From Carcharhinus amblyrhynchos (taxonomy: Eukaryota): 64,000 nucleotides of DNA. How positions within the stretch are numbered: the stretch's first letter is position 1; every line of letters starts with the position of its first letter. The stretch covers positions 37,324,001 to 37,388,000 of the forward strand of contig OZ336889.1 of the NCBI GenBank assembly GCA_965287045.1. The letters run 5' to 3'. The notes beneath the pieces are model-generated. The model searched no databases. It was not told the DNA's origin and saw only the letters and a program-made list of their open reading frames with translations. A program made the position numbers and the translations under genes. Below are positions 63,135 through 64,000 of this stretch, one piece after another.

Positions 63135-63725
63135 TGGGAAAAAGATTCAAAAGTCTGTGATCACATACCAACTGACTCAAGAGTAGCTTAGAATCATAAA
63201 ATCGCTACAGTGCAGAAGGCGACCATTTGGCCCATCGAGCCTGCACTGACAACAATCTGACCCAGGCCCTATCCCTGTAACCCCACATATTTACCTTACT
63301 AATCTCCCTGACACTAAGAGGAAATTTAGCATGGCCAATCTACTTACCTACACATCTTCGGACTGTGCAAGGAAACTGGAGCATCCAGAGGATACGTATG
63401 CAGACACAGGAAAAAATGTGCAAATTCCACACAGTCACCCGAGGTCAGGGCTGAACCCGGATACCTGGTGCTGTGAGGCAGCAGTGCTAACCACTGTGCT
63501 ACTGTGCTACCTCCATTCCTGCTGTCATCAGACTGTTGAATGGAGCTATTAAGCTGATCTTTCTCTAAACCTGTGCTATGACTGCAATACTATATTCTGT
63601 GCCCTCTTCTTTCCTCCTGCCTTATGCAATCTATGAACAGCATACTTTGTCTTTGTAACGTGCAAGAAACAATACTTTTCACTGTATCTCAATACTTGAC
63701 AATAATAAATCAAATCAGATCAAAT
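63135..63725 (+). mobile_element. Rex1/Babar 3' end interrupted by a minus-strand HE1 SINE (63189-63510)
   Basis: Homologous to 60045-60287. Confidence 0.8.
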
Positions 63726-64000
63726 TAGGAAATAGCCAAACATCCTGGGTGGGATTTTATGTCCTTGTTTGTCCTGAAACCGTAAAATCCTGCCACGGAC
63801 CTTCCCATTGTCCGCCCTCGCCTGCTCCACTCTTGTGGCAGAGACGGGGGTAAAATTCCAGCCCAAGAAACATCAGGTGAAAAATTGGGATCTTTTTGTC
63901 CATTTTTGGAAGGCCTTATTTTGTTCCACGCATAAAGGCAATTTTAGACGAGGGCAAGGATCGCATTATCAGTCACTGTGAAGGTGCAGGAGATGATGAA

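Noticed and set aside
34200-64000. Exons of a downstream gene such as SRRM4
   Set aside because: No recognisable coding exon or CpG-island promoter found by eye

Overview
Vertebrate genomic DNA, most likely a shark (inferred from HE1/V-SINE, Deu-domain SINE, CR1 and Penelope repeat content). The only clear gene is SUDS3 (SDS3, Sin3A-HDAC corepressor subunit) on the + strand. Ten coding exons lie between 4634 and 32112 and give 257 codons plus a stop; the first exons are upstream of the window. The gene contains a minor-spliceosome (U12) AT-AC intron (15566-17458), two frame-shifting micro-exons (20 and 22 nt) and a repeat-free putative 3' UTR with a near-perfect 41-bp hairpin. The rest is intronic or intergenic sequence dense with decayed retroelements: CR1/L2, Rex1/Babar, SINEs, solo LTRs and Penelope-like fragments with minimal hammerhead ribozyme motifs. 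There are also Harbinger-like MITEs, a ~2.1-kb CT/CA minisatellite and a 196-nt assembly gap. Nearly all listed short ORFs are transposon remnants or spurious. Repeat boundaries were set by eye and are approximate.
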